A DNA stretch of 62,132 nt, the filler included, from Choristocarpus tenellus KU-1152 (Eukaryota; Protista; Phaeophyceae), in the NCBI GenBank assembly GCA_964200185.2. It is 10 parts of 10 records of this genome, joined end to end, with 100 filler letters (N's around TTAATTAATTAA, not from the genome) between each part and the next. Parts side by side here need not be neighbours in the genome. Positions count along the whole stretch, not along the records: positions 39,772 to 45,275 come from CAXNAD020010594.1; positions 45,376 to 48,802 come from CAXNAD020020105.1; positions 48,903 to 53,371 come from CAXNAD020014403.1; 7 more parts are not named here. One strand, 5' to 3'. Shown piece after piece: positions 40,247-52,247 of this stretch. The notes under the pieces are model-generated. The model was not told the DNA's origin. It was given only the letters and a program-made list of their open reading frames with translations, and ran no database searches. The translations under genes were made by a program, and so were the position numbers. Every line of letters starts with the position of its first letter. The first letter of the stretch is position 1.

Positions 40247-43200
40247 CATGGGCCAGGGCAGTCCATGCATATAACCCTTAATCAATAAATAAAAACAAAA
40301 CTTTCACAATACCTGAAGAAGTGCCGTGAATTGTGGTGACTGAATCTCAAAGATTCGGAAAGGTTCAACACAAAATAAAAAACAATTCAACCTCTTTTTT
40401 TTTTTTCGGCAAGTACATTTTACAGTATATATTTTACAGTATATATTTTGCAGTGACCACCCTGCGAGCACACGCCCCATTTCAAGCCTAATCCTACCCC
40501 ATTTCAATCCTAATCCATTCCCAGTAACACGTGGAAACATTTTCAGAGCCTTACACAGCCGTTACAAATGCAGTAAAAAATCACGGTGCTTTCATGGTAT
40601 CGTGATGGTCAGGAAAATGTCAACAGATAATAATAATAATAATAATAATAAATTTCATACCACAACCCTACTACTACGCCCCCCATTAAAAAAAAAAATG
40701 TAGTTCTACTTCAGCTTCTTTGCCTAAATAAAACCATCAGTTATTGCCTCGCTCTTTGGTCATCAGAATAACAAAAAAATTGAACTAAAAATGATGTTAA
40801 AAAAGACCAAAACTATCTTATTAAGATAGTAAATCTTCAAGAAAAAAGAGAGCGCACTTCTATCCTCATACTAAACTACCAGAAACGTTTTTTTTGTTGC
40901 GGACAAAAATTAAAAATAAATATAATCAAGTGTCCAAACAATCCCTCCATAACTCACAGCAGGCTCCCATCGATACTATCAATACTCCAACCCTAACCCT
41001 AACCTCAGTATCACGTTTGAAGAGCTGCCCGTTCCTTTCCTCCAGACGTGCCTTGAGTTCCTCCACCTGTTGGTCCCTATCCATCAACCGCCTTGTAGCC
41101 ATAGTCAGGCGTGTTTCAAGTGCCTGATATCCATACACAATACATACATAGATAAATACATTTATATAAATCACAAACGCACACAATACATACATACACC
41201 AAACATGAATTGATCAACACCACAGTTACAAACCAACACCTACCACAATACATACATAAATACAAACATACAATACATACATAAATACACCTACCACAAT
41301 CAGCCACACCCGATCAATCCCAACTAACCAAAAACACAACATAAAACATAAAAAACACGCCATCGATGGTGTACAAAAACGATCCAAAAAACATAACATT
41401 TCCATCGCACAAAGGGCCAAAGTATCTTAGGGTTAGGGTTAGGGTAGAGCCGCGTCCGTTTGGGGATCAAAATACAATGTTGCCATTTTGATGTAATTTT
41501 GGCTATCGTGTTTGTTAGGAAGTGTCAATATCCATGTTCCGGACACTCCTTTTAATAACATCATCATTATACCTACTCCGAAACATTTTGAAGTGGGTAA
41601 ATTGTCATAAAACCCGTGGAAAGTCAAGCCCCAAATGGACAAACAGGGCAAAAATCGTACCCTAACCCTAAGATACTTTCAATCGGTTGCCAGTATTCAT
41701 CAGTACACATAGTATATATACAACATGCCAATATCAAAATTAAATCGTTCTTAAAACAACAGGCATAACACACAGCAAACACTAGTAATAATAACCTAAT
41801 ACACAACACTAGTAATAATAACATAACACACTACAAACACTAGTAATAATAACATAACAACGATGATGGGACTGACCTGGGGATACATCCAGGATACAGG
41901 GGATTGTAAGGTACAAATTCAGGGGATTCATCTCCTCAAAATTCAAGACATTTCAATCTGAACCATTCCACCCTCATCCAAGCTACTCATTGCATCAATA
42001 GTAATCCAAGGTTAGTAATCCATACTACAGCACAGTACAGGTAAGGTACAAGTAAGGTACAGATACAAGTACAGGTACAGGTACAAGTAAGGTACAAGTA
42101 AGGTACAGATACAGATACAGATACAGGTAAAGTAAGGTACAGATACAAGTACAAGTGCAAGTGCAAGTGCAAACAATTACAGTACTCAATAGACCTCGTC
42201 AACTATTTCCTCGGAACTCAGCTCAGCATCAGTTCGAACTGATAGGGAGTGAATGGGAAAAAAATATTCCATTGGACATGCTTCTTGCGTCTTTGAACAG
42301 GAACAGGCTAAACCAAGTCATTTGTTCTTACAAGGCCTTCCCCCAAAGTGAAGAATATCTGATACCTTCTTGTACATTAATAGCCTGAACTACACTCTAC
42401 CCGAACTGATGCTGAACAGACCGAGCATACACCGACACACCTATTGCTTTTAGGCTTTGACAACAAAAAGGTATAACTTAAAAGGGCATTGTTCATCTTT
42501 GAGTTCACCACTGTAACAATCTCCACTATATTTTTTCCTCGTACAAAACACGCCTCTAACCTGCAAAGCCTTTTTCTCAAACCCTAACCCTAAGTTGTAC
42601 ACAAGAAGAACGCCTGCGTGTATCCATTCCAATTAAACAAAACAAATCAATTTCAGCCATCCTCACCAAACAAAACCTTCCCGTTCACAACACCGAGTCC
42701 CAAAGACAGTATACAAAAAATAAACACAAGAATATAAATAAAAGAGTATTAATAAACATATGAACACAAGAATATAAATAAAGAACATTAATAAACGTCT
42801 GAACACAAGAATACAAATAAAGAACATTAATAAACATATGAACACAAGAATATAAATAAAAGAGCATTAATAAATGTATGAACACAAGAATATAAATAAA
42901 GAACATCAATAAACGTATGAACACAAGAATATAAATAAAGAACATAAACAAAATATAAGCACAAGAATATAAATAAAAGAACATGAATAAAATATAAACA
43001 CAAGAGAATAAAGAACATAAATAAAAATATAAACACAAGAGTATAAATAAAAATCACTAACAAGTTGCAATAATACATTCCTAAACGTCCACCCATCATG
43101 ACACGGATAAACAAACAGATGGAACCAAACTACAAACTACAAGTAACATGCTCGGGAAACATATATTCTGCATGCTATGCTCAGTATTTTCCAGGGCTTT

Positions 43201-44831
43201 ATACTAGATAGCAGATAACTGGGCTGGCCTGGTCCGTCCAGGCAACAGGCCAGTCCATTCAACATCTCTCAAGGTCAGAGCCCTAGCCAAGCCCAGTTAA
43301 AATCCACGGCAGTCCAGGAAAAAAAGACTAATGGACTAGGACTGGCCTAATCAAAACAATTCAGATTGACCTCCAAGTTGCCAAAAATACACGTGGGAAT
43401 AAACTCGCATTATAGAAACTCCTTCAATCACAGGCAGTGTACAAGTTGCACATTTTTTCCTGCTACTGTAGTAAAACATCCAAGAAAACTCTTCCTTGTC
43501 ATTGTACTCAATTCATTTTCTTTTTTCTTCTTAAGAGACTCCATAGTTGCTATCATTACTAATAATATTATTATTATTAATGCCATGGAGAAAAAAAAAA
43601 ATAGTAATAAAAAATAGTGTAGTGGACAAGAAGGGGGTATGGTACAGAAGAAAACAAATTTGACTAATAATTTGAATAATGGGGTCCTCCACCAAAAATC
43701 CCTTGCTAAAATCATCCCGAGATGGTTGTCGTCACCATGTTGTCAGGTACACAATACCAGTCTACTCCCCACGCCACTCGCTAATATTCCCACAAAATCT
43801 TTGCTCAAATCTGTCACTTGTTTGTCCCCATTGAAGTCTCAAATCTGATTGAACAAAGAATTAAAAAGAATTAAAATCCTTCCATCCCCACCACCGCACA
43901 TGCCACATCTCACACATCTCACATACACATTCCAAACCCTCATCCTGCCATCGGAATCGATTAGGAATTTTCTCATTTCTGTTCTGATTTCCAAGGTTCA
44001 CTACCGCAGCAGCAAGAGAACCATTTCATACGAGAGAACACGGAATGGTTCCAAAAAAGAACCTTCTGATGATGTCTAGAGATGATGTCAATGATGATAA
44101 TGAGAGGGCGAAAGTGTTAAATTTGTGCTTTAAATGTTTGTGGGCGTCTGATTGGACCGAGGGATTATATTGCTTGTATTGTTCGTCCAATCAGAGTAGA
44201 AGGTGCGTTTGCAATGGTCCAATCAGAGTAAAACGTGCATTTGCAATGGTCCAATCAGAGTAAAATACGCGTGAGGACCGGCGAGTGGCACGGAGAGTAG
44301 ACAAGGGGGCCTTGTACCTCCCAACAGCAAGGCGACAACTACTGCAGGACGATCTTAACCATGTTAACAACATTAACAATCTTAGGGTTAGGGTGTTGTA
44401 ACAGAGGGGTCCCCACCATTCAACTTCCTTCTTGACTATGCCTGTCCATGCCCCAAAAGGTCACAGGTATACACACACACACACCCTCCTGTCCACTGCC
44501 CATAAAAAATAATGATATTCTTCGTAAAATAATAGGAATAATAAAAATAAGATTAATAATAATATTTTTTGTATGCAAAATAATAGGAATAATAATAATA
44601 TTCTTCTTTGTATGAACCTCACCGCAATCAGGTTTTGTAGACAAATCTCTCTCCCTTCGGATGCATTACTCATAGCTTCTGCATGGGCATCCCTCTCCGC
44701 CAACGCCTTCCTCAGCCTCTCATCCAACTCCCTTGCCAATTCCCTACCGCTGCCAGACCTGTCTACCTCTGACACCTTCCACAAGTCCTCCGCATCACGC
44801 CGGAGGACATCCAGTTCTTCATCCGTTGCAC
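39772..44831 (-). CDS. Internal exons of an uncharacterised coiled-coil protein: 44831-44623, 41123-41004, 40126-<39772 (partial at both ends)
   Basis: Phase-compatible GT-AG-bounded exons encoding heptad-rich E/R/L sequence (RELARELDERLRKALAERD; ALETRLTMATRRLMDRDQQVEELKARLEE; VMSLRLRVEELDKSRTSLKRQVE). Additional exons are possible. Confidence 0.7.
41414..41684 (-). mobile_element. MITE family A copy with telomeric-repeat insertions in both TIRs
   Basis: Interior matches the family; TIRs read TCTTAG-GGTTAGGGTT-AGGGTA and TACCCT-AACC-CTAAGA. Confidence 0.9.
42030..42170. repeat. Compound hexamer-type simple repeat (GTACAG/GTACAA/GATACA/GTGCAA)
   Basis: Direct reading. Confidence 0.85.
42710..43052. 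repeat. ~39-bp AT-rich minisatellite (AACACAAGAATATAAATAAAGAACATTAATAAACATATG), about 8-9 units
   Basis: Direct reading. Confidence 0.9.
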
Positions 44832-44932
44832 CTTCAAAGGGGGTTACGTAGGGGTAGATTCATCAATCAATGCTCTCTCAAAATACTAAATGAAGAATTA
44901 ACATGACATAAGAAAAAAAAAAAAAACTCAAT

Positions 44933-45190
44933 GGTTAGGGTTAGGGTAGAGCCACATTCGATTGGAGGACAAAATCGAATTTTGCACTTTTGATGTAATT
45001 TTGGGTAATCGTGTTTTTTAGGAAGTGTCAACATCCATGTTCCGGACACACCTTTGTATAACATATATATTTTACCTACTCCAAAACCGTTTTGGAGTAG
45101 GTAAAATGTCATTAAAAAAACCCCGTGGGAAGCCAAGCCCCAAATGGACAAAAAAGGCAAAACTTGTATCCTCCTAAGATACTTTCACTC
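44933..45190 (-). mobile_element. MITE family A copy; left TIR replaced by telomeric repeat, right end followed by (TTAGGG)n
   Basis: Interior and right TIR match the family; GGTTAGGGTTAGGGTA at the left; TAGGGTTAGGGTTAGGGTTAGGG at 45191. Confidence 0.88.
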
Positions 45191-45378
45191 TAGGGTTAGG
45201 GTTAGGGTTAGGGATGGTGATGGTGTTAGGGTTACAAAAAAAAAGTTTGTGTATCACTATTGGAACACAGGGCGCNNNNNNNNNNNNNNNNNNNNNNNNN
45301 NNNNNNNNNNNNNNNNNNNTTAATTAATTAANNNNNNNNNNNNNNNNNNNNNNNNNNNNNNNNNNNNNNNNNNNNATG

Positions 45379-45493
45379 TTCAAGATAGGTTACCTTCAGG
45401 GTATACCTTCTATATTATATTCAAGATAGGTTACCTTCAGGGTATACCTTCTATATTATATTCAAGATAGGTAACCTTCAGGGTATACCTTCT
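45379..45493. repeat. 41-bp tandem repeat x~2.8 at a contig start
   Basis: TTCAAGATAGGTTACCTTCAGGGTATACCTTCTATATTATA at period 41. Confidence 0.92.
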
Positions 45494-46217
45494 GTGGAAT
45501 GTGGCTCTCTCATCTCAATGAAAATATATGTTGAGGGTCGTGGTGGACGTTGTTGATGGAGGTGAAATACATAATTCTTTCTACATGGCAAATAATGTGC
45601 AAGTACAGTTAGTTGTCCAGATATTTTTTGGTGAAGAAAAAAATTGTTCTATATAGCAATTGTATGTATTTTGGAGAAAAAGCAGGTCACGTTAAATGTG
45701 CTTCAGTCTATTTAAATAGTCACCGCATCATCATCCCATGACCCACATTTTTCTTGCAAACCTGAAGCCGTACCTTGAACCAGGTCAAACCTACCCATCG
45801 CCAGTGTATTGGGGTGTTGCAGTGTCACCGATAGGCGATGTACAATTCTGGGTACTTGCTATGATTCAGCTGGTCTATGAAGAAGTAGACCCTAAGAACA
45901 TTTGTGATGCGTAGATTGACTTGTGGGAATGAGTTTTAGACAGAACCGTCATACTTACTATCTGTTGTATTTTGTAAGATCAATATTTTATATTAGGACT
46001 ATCACATTCTCCTAATAAATTCTATCATTATACAACAAACGAATATGGTGGTGGTATTATTCGTCTGTTATCTCGAATAATATTATAAATGGTACTTTTT
46101 GTATGTAAATAATAATAATATTTGTATATTAATACGGAAACTTGCCATCGAAGTATCACCAAACCTTTGTAAGGGTAATAATTGGAATACAAGGGTAAGA
46201 GATCGCAACGCAGAGAA

Positions 46218-48173
46218 ATGGCAGGAGGGAGGAGTGCTTCGAATTCTTCCACCGTGGAAGATGATTTCACTGCCTCTGTTTCATCTCGGGCCACTTCTCA
46301 GGGAGAAAAGACCGAGACAGACAACCAACCGCAGGTGAGAAAAGAGATATGATTTTTAGGAGTGGGTTCTTCTCGTCATTTCATTAATTTTCAAGGTCCC
46401 AGGGATCACAGTGTGTTCACCAAGGCCATTTGGAATATAATCATTCCTTCGTCGATTTTGTAAAGACTCTGTCTCTGCCATTTCCGAATCCCTCGGTATT
46501 AAAACTGTCCTTATTTAATATTTCTTGTCACGGTTACAGGTGGGACAACGTTGGATGGTTACCTGGCGCGATGGTTCAACCCACCTCGCTGAGATCGTGG
46601 AAGTGGCCACGAAGGAAATAAGCAAAGAGTTAATTTCGGGAATGCATGGGGTCGGATCAGAAGTGAAGAGGCAAGGTGGGGATAAGCCACCCCCTACTAC
46701 GGTAATCACAGAACGGAGACTCTACGTGCACTTTGTGGACTTCGACCGACGCTTGGACGAATGGGTAGGGCTGGATCGGGTGGATCTTCAGCGAGGGCAG
46801 CAGATATCCATTTCTGCTGCTGCTGCTGCTAACGGTGGCTCGAGCAAACGACTTACACGGATGAAACGTGAGTCTCCTTGAAACATATGGTCTGTGACAC
46901 TTCGAGGGATCTTCATTACTGTGTGCATTCTTAAGATGGTGGAACGGTGATGGCAAATATATACCGTGCTGGTTTGTGTTAAGAAACTATCTTGCTGTCG
47001 TGGGCAGAAACATGAACTGCTGTCCTTATCAATCGCTCACTGTGTGTGTTGCTAATGCCTAGTCGAGAATCATTGGGTTGGGATTTGTTGGGGCCCATAG
47101 GGAGGCTTCACATCCAAAGCCAAAGGTTCGTAGGCTTGTGGTAGTCACTGTCTTAAAAATATATAACCCATGGTGTAAGGAGAGGAAATTGCATTCCCAC
47201 CATCACTGGATGCCTGGTGTGCTACTCAACTTATACCTCAGTCTCAGCTTGCCTTGGTTTTGTTTCCTGATCGGAAGGCAAGTATGAGGAGATTGGCTCC
47301 AATTCGGGACATGGAGGTGGAGGTGATAGGGATGGCGTGGATCCTGCCCTGGCCCAGCTTGAGAAGGAACACGAGGAGATAACCAAAGTGAGTTTCCATT
47401 CTGTAACGGCATTCCTGCTTTAAGTGTGTATAGGGTTCAGACTGGCAAATTTTGTATGAGCCTGGATTGTAAGGATAGGGCCCTTGAAGATAGGGAGTGC
47501 TTGTACAATACAGTGAATTGCTCAAGCTGAGAAATCATTTTACTGTGGTTCAAGTGTTGTAATTGGCTATCCAACTTAGTTTGTTGCAAGTCTGCACAAA
47601 CACACATGCACAGGGAGTAGGGAGGGTATCTGGACCATTCCTTGATCGTCGCATATTTTTCTGGCCAATTCGTTGTTCCGTCACTTTTGTTGCACCCCAC
47701 CTTCAGCCGCTAGGTACCTGTAACTCAATGCTATCGTCAATTGAGGAGCAATTTTATATTTTATTGATGGCTCTCAAGGATGATTTGATGACGTTCCTCA
47801 CAACTTTTCCAGAATATTTTCAGGGCATTCTGTCCTGAACCCTCTACCAAACTTGCTCTCCTCACAAGCATGGCCTCCTGTGCCCTATATTTAGACAGAA
47901 ACACATTGTCCCCTTCCCTCCCACCTCACTTCGAAAAATGCTGCCCCCCCAGCTGGGACCGATTTCACCATAAATAGTTTGAAGTGTAGATGTCCATCAA
48001 GTAAGTGGATATACACAGTAGTACTTGTTGTCAAGGTCCTTACTCGTCCTGTTCACTTCTCCTTGTCTCTCTTTGGGCAGGTAAAGAATGTGCAAAGGGT
48101 TGAAATTGGGAAGTATGAGGTGGAGACTTGGTACTTTAGCCCATACCCAGACGACTACAGCAAGCTTGATAAG
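46218..48173 (+). CDS. MYST-family histone acetyltransferase (Esa1/Tip60/MOF type), 5' part; exons 46218-46334, 46540-46867, 47278-47387, 48081-48173; truncated by a contig break
   Basis: Chromo-barrel (VTWRDGSTHLAEIVE...LYVHFVDFDRRLDEWV), [44 protein letters not shown]. Splice phases are consistent. Confidence 0.93.
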
Positions 48174-49927
48174 GTGTGAGGGAGAGATGTTTTGCGTCAT
48201 CTTCATTTTGGTCTTTTTGTGCAAAAGCAACGTGAAACAGGCGGGATCAAACAAAACATTGTGCGAGGGCGAGAAGGTGTATTCCAAAGGAAGCTCTCCA
48301 GGACCATGAGGAAGGTCAAATGTAAACCATGTGTGTGTTGGAAGTATGAATGGAATAGGAGTGTGTTTGTTAGGGGTACTGCCTGTCACGCTGACTCTGT
48401 GCACAACCCGTACCTGTCTGTGCAGCTATGAGGAATACCACCTTGGGCAGGGTCGGCATTCACACCTTGGAAGACAGAACACACACATAGTACTCCCTAC
48501 TAATGTAGATGGCACATAGCAAAGCATTGTTCGAACATGAGATGTTTTTTGGAGAGAATAGTCACAAGCACTGTCCTGGAAAAAATGAACACTGTGAAGT
48601 GTACCTATCTTTGCCAATCAAAATCATCTCGAGAGCAAATGACCCTGGACATTTGCTGGACAACGGTTGTTGCGAGGAAAGTCAATGGACGTTTTTTTTG
48701 CACTATCTATCTTTTCTTCTGTCAAATTTCTTCCTTCTGTTGGTTCTTCTGCTTTCATGAATCAAGCATTACGGAGTCAATCTCTCTTGGGGGGGGTGGG
48801 GGNNNNNNNNNNNNNNNNNNNNNNNNNNNNNNNNNNNNNNNNNNNNTTAATTAATTAANNNNNNNNNNNNNNNNNNNNNNNNNNNNNNNNNNNNNNNNNN
48901 NNCCTGCGTGAAACACCAGATACATGCGAAGATTTCTGTCCACAGTGAAAGGGCTACCGTCCTCCGTAGTGCAAGGGATGCCCATCCCCTTGCATAGTTG
49001 GTGCAGGCGTTTCACGATTGGCGAATATTGATGAAAGTTACACTCCTCATCATGAACATAACATAAAATAACTAGTCGACTATCTTTTACTCTTTATTCT
49101 TGTATTTTCAATTTGTTTTTAATAATGTAACATTGTGGTACATATCATTGACCGAAACTGGAAGAATAAAATGTCATGTCTCTTTACTACAAATAATATT
49201 TTACGATATCATAAAACATCAGATTTTCGTTTGCGATTCCCACATGTGAGGGGTTGAAGAGGTGGCATTAAAGACCAAGTCTGTTCCACAAAAGGTACCC
49301 TCCCATAATGAAGTCCCCTTCTTTCACATAAACGGTTCAACATTTCATAAATGTAATTCCAACCATTTTAGTCGCACAAAAGATAATCCACACCAAGAAA
49401 TCGTCAATGTGGTAGAGTGAATAGGACTTAGCGCGTTTTTTTTAATACACAACAGTTACAAAAAAATATGTAAATATTAATAAACTCAACTGTGACCAAA
49501 CCACCGTGCCCCCCCCCCCCTCTCACAAACCTCATTCACCCATCCAATGTTTAACCAACGAAAGTGAACATTATAATAGAGCATTCGCTGCCGCCATTCA
49601 AGGAGAGGACGCTGACGACCGCACGACACAGGTGGGATGGACACCAGATAGACACTGGGGGAACTGGGCAACACAGGAAATGGACTCGTGGACTCCAGAG
49701 GGCTAGGTCTGGCGCCACCCCAAAGGTAAGGGCAGACCACCATCGCTATTAGACATACGTCAAATACAGTCCAAGTGTATCCTAAATCACGACAAACCCC
49801 TCTCCACTTTGAACATTACGTCCGATAGACGATTTCCGATACTTTTCGATACCCCAAAATGCCCTGACCCTAACCCTAACCCTAACCCCAACTCTTCAAA
49901 GTCCTTCCATTACAACCCTGACCCTGG

Positions 49928-50620
49928 CCCTAGTCCTGCACACACCAAGTCAGTCACAAGACATACATCCAGTTTGTTCAATGAAATATTATCACACTTT
50001 TTAAAATCTCTTGCCGTACAACAAAGGACACCAAAATTAGTCCATGTTCACGTTCACATTTTTGGAGGTACACTCCTCCATCAAACTTTCGTCCTTCATT
50101 AGCCGAGAAAGCAACAACAACCTGTCTTTTATCGCACGACAAAACGCTTCAACTCGTCTCGTTCTTGTCCTAGCCCTTCACACACCCAGCAGTCACAAGA
50201 TATACCTCGGTCTTCTTTAATGAAATATTATCACACTTTTAATAATATTTTGCCGTACGACAAAGGACACCAAATTTAGTCCATGTTCACGTTCACATTT
50301 TTGGAGGTACGCTCCTCCATCAAACTTTCGTCAGTCATGAGCTGAGAAAGCAACAACTAACTGTCTTTTGTTGTATGACAAAACGTGTCAACTCTTCTCG
50401 TTTCTGTCCTAGTCCTTTACACACCAAGTCAGTCACAAGACATACCTCGGTCTTCTTAAATGAAATACTGTAACACTCTTTTAGAAAATATTTGCTGTAC
50501 GACAAAGGATACCAAATTTACTCCATGTTCACATTAACGTCTTTCGAGGTGAACTCCTCCATCAAACTTTCGTCGTTTATGAGTCGAGAAAGCAACAACT
50601 AGCTGTATTTTTTCGTATGG
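49928..50620. repeat. ~239-240-bp diverged tandem repeat, 3 units
   Basis: Anchor CAGTCACAAG at 49951, 50190 and 50430; units align throughout. Confidence 0.92.
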
Positions 50621-51123
50621 CAGTACACGTGTAAATCCGTGTCATTTTCATGGCTTACAGAACACTTTCTAAATGTTTTCCATGTCCACTACATCAAACC
50701 TAAATACTCGATACTCACATTTCGAAGATAGACAAGCAAAGGCAAGAACCGTCAACGCAGTCTCTGACTTTCCAACATAACAATTCTCACACGTGTTCGG
50801 TACCACTCAACCTTACCCTGGACCATCCTACACACCGTGAGCATGTTTTCTAAGCGCCCCCCCACGTGAAGAACGTGGCAACGTTGTCAGTGTTCGTATC
50901 TTCAACCTACAATTCAAAGCATAAAGGGAAACAAAGTCCCACAACCCACACAGTAACCTATCTTCGTCCCCCCTCAGGAAGCGGACATTCAAGACACTGC
51001 CCAAGATCAGTACCCTTCGATCCCACAAGAAATACAGGACTGACCAAATCATGGATCTGTTCCTCTCCATGCTTGTCTGCCATAACGGTCAACACGAGGG
51101 CGAACTAGGCGGATACACATGGA

Positions 51124-51669
51124 GTGATCTTGCCTCTTGGTTCTTGGACAAGAGAGCCATTGGCGAGCGCCCTACAACTAGTGCTGGCTCAGGAAGAACG
51201 TGATTCTACACCCGATCCTCAGGTCAAGACCTTCCTAGAATATCTCAAGCAAGATCTTAGCACGGACCATACTCGTCAAGTATACAACTCCATCCTGGTG
51301 GGCATTGCTCCTAATGTTAAGGAACATGAAGATGGGGTGAGCACAACCTTTCACCATCATCTCTCTGACACATTAAAAATGTACAATATCAAGGTCAAAA
51401 CGCTCAGGTCTTCCGCAACGAAATGGGCGGAATTCATACGTGATATACAACAGCAGAAGCATCACAATGCCGCGCCTTCACATGACGCCGGAGGATCGTC
51501 TGTCATGTCTGGCACCCACATGGTGTTGTCCTCTACGCCAAGCGTCACACACAGGTACGATAGTATGCACTCACCGGTGGTCAACAGTATGTGCCACACA
51601 ATGCAGCATCAAGGGGGAAAACCCATGCTATACCTAAGCCATTTATTTACCCTTAAAAATCGAGCTTAA
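51124..51669 (+). CDS. Hypothetical ORF (181 aa), unassigned
   Basis: Long open frame with protein-like composition; no recognisable motif; may be decayed. Confidence 0.3.
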   Translation: MILPLGSWTREPLASALQLVLAQEERDSTPDPQVKTFLEYLKQDLSTDHTRQVYNSILVGIAPNVKEHEDGVSTTFHHHLSDTLKMYNIKVKTLRSSATKWAEFIRDIQQQKHHNAAPSHDAGGSSVMSGTHMVLSSTPSVTHRYDSMHSPVVNSMCHTMQHQGGKPMLYLSHLFTLKNRA

Positions 51670-52003
51670 CAAATCTGACGAAGTTCCTAGGTCTCACACT
51701 GAGTTAACTAACGCCTATTCCATATGTCCCATTCTTTCCAGGAGTAAAAAGAATAGGGCAAGGGTATTCGACGTGGTGAGGGACAGCTCCTCGCGACAGT
51801 TCGATGTGCAGCACCCTGGAACACGTGTCCTTGGTATCACCGTCTGGGAGAGCAATAGCACCACCATGCCACACGACCCGATCATGTCTCATGACTCAAC
51901 TGCTGGAATGCACCATTTGGACCCACATACCAACAAGAGGGTGTGTCACCCGGATGCACTGTATCAACAGCACCCTCAGAGGTACTCCACGCGAATGAGT
52001 CGC

Positions 52004-52247
52004 GAGACAAAGTATCTTAGAGGATAGAGGCGCGTCCATTTGGGAACCAAAATCCAATGTTGCGATTTTGATGTAATCTTGGCTATCATTTTTGTTAGGA
52101 GATGTCAACATCCTTGTTTCGGACACTACTCTTCATAACGTATACATACTCGTTGGGATAGGTTAAATGTAATTCAAAACATGTCGGCAGTTAAGCCCCA
52201 AATGGACAAACAGGAAAAAAATTGTACCCTCTAAGATACTTACACTC
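52004..52247 (-). mobile_element. MITE family A copy (small internal deletion in the palindrome)
   Basis: Both TIRs and conserved interior. Confidence 0.88.

Noticed and set aside
42663-43114. Hydrophobic repeat ORFs (F/I/Y/L-rich)
   Set aside because: Translations of an AT-rich minisatellite inside an intron.
45379-45493. CRISPR-like array
   Set aside because: Head-to-tail repeats with no unique spacers and no cas genes.
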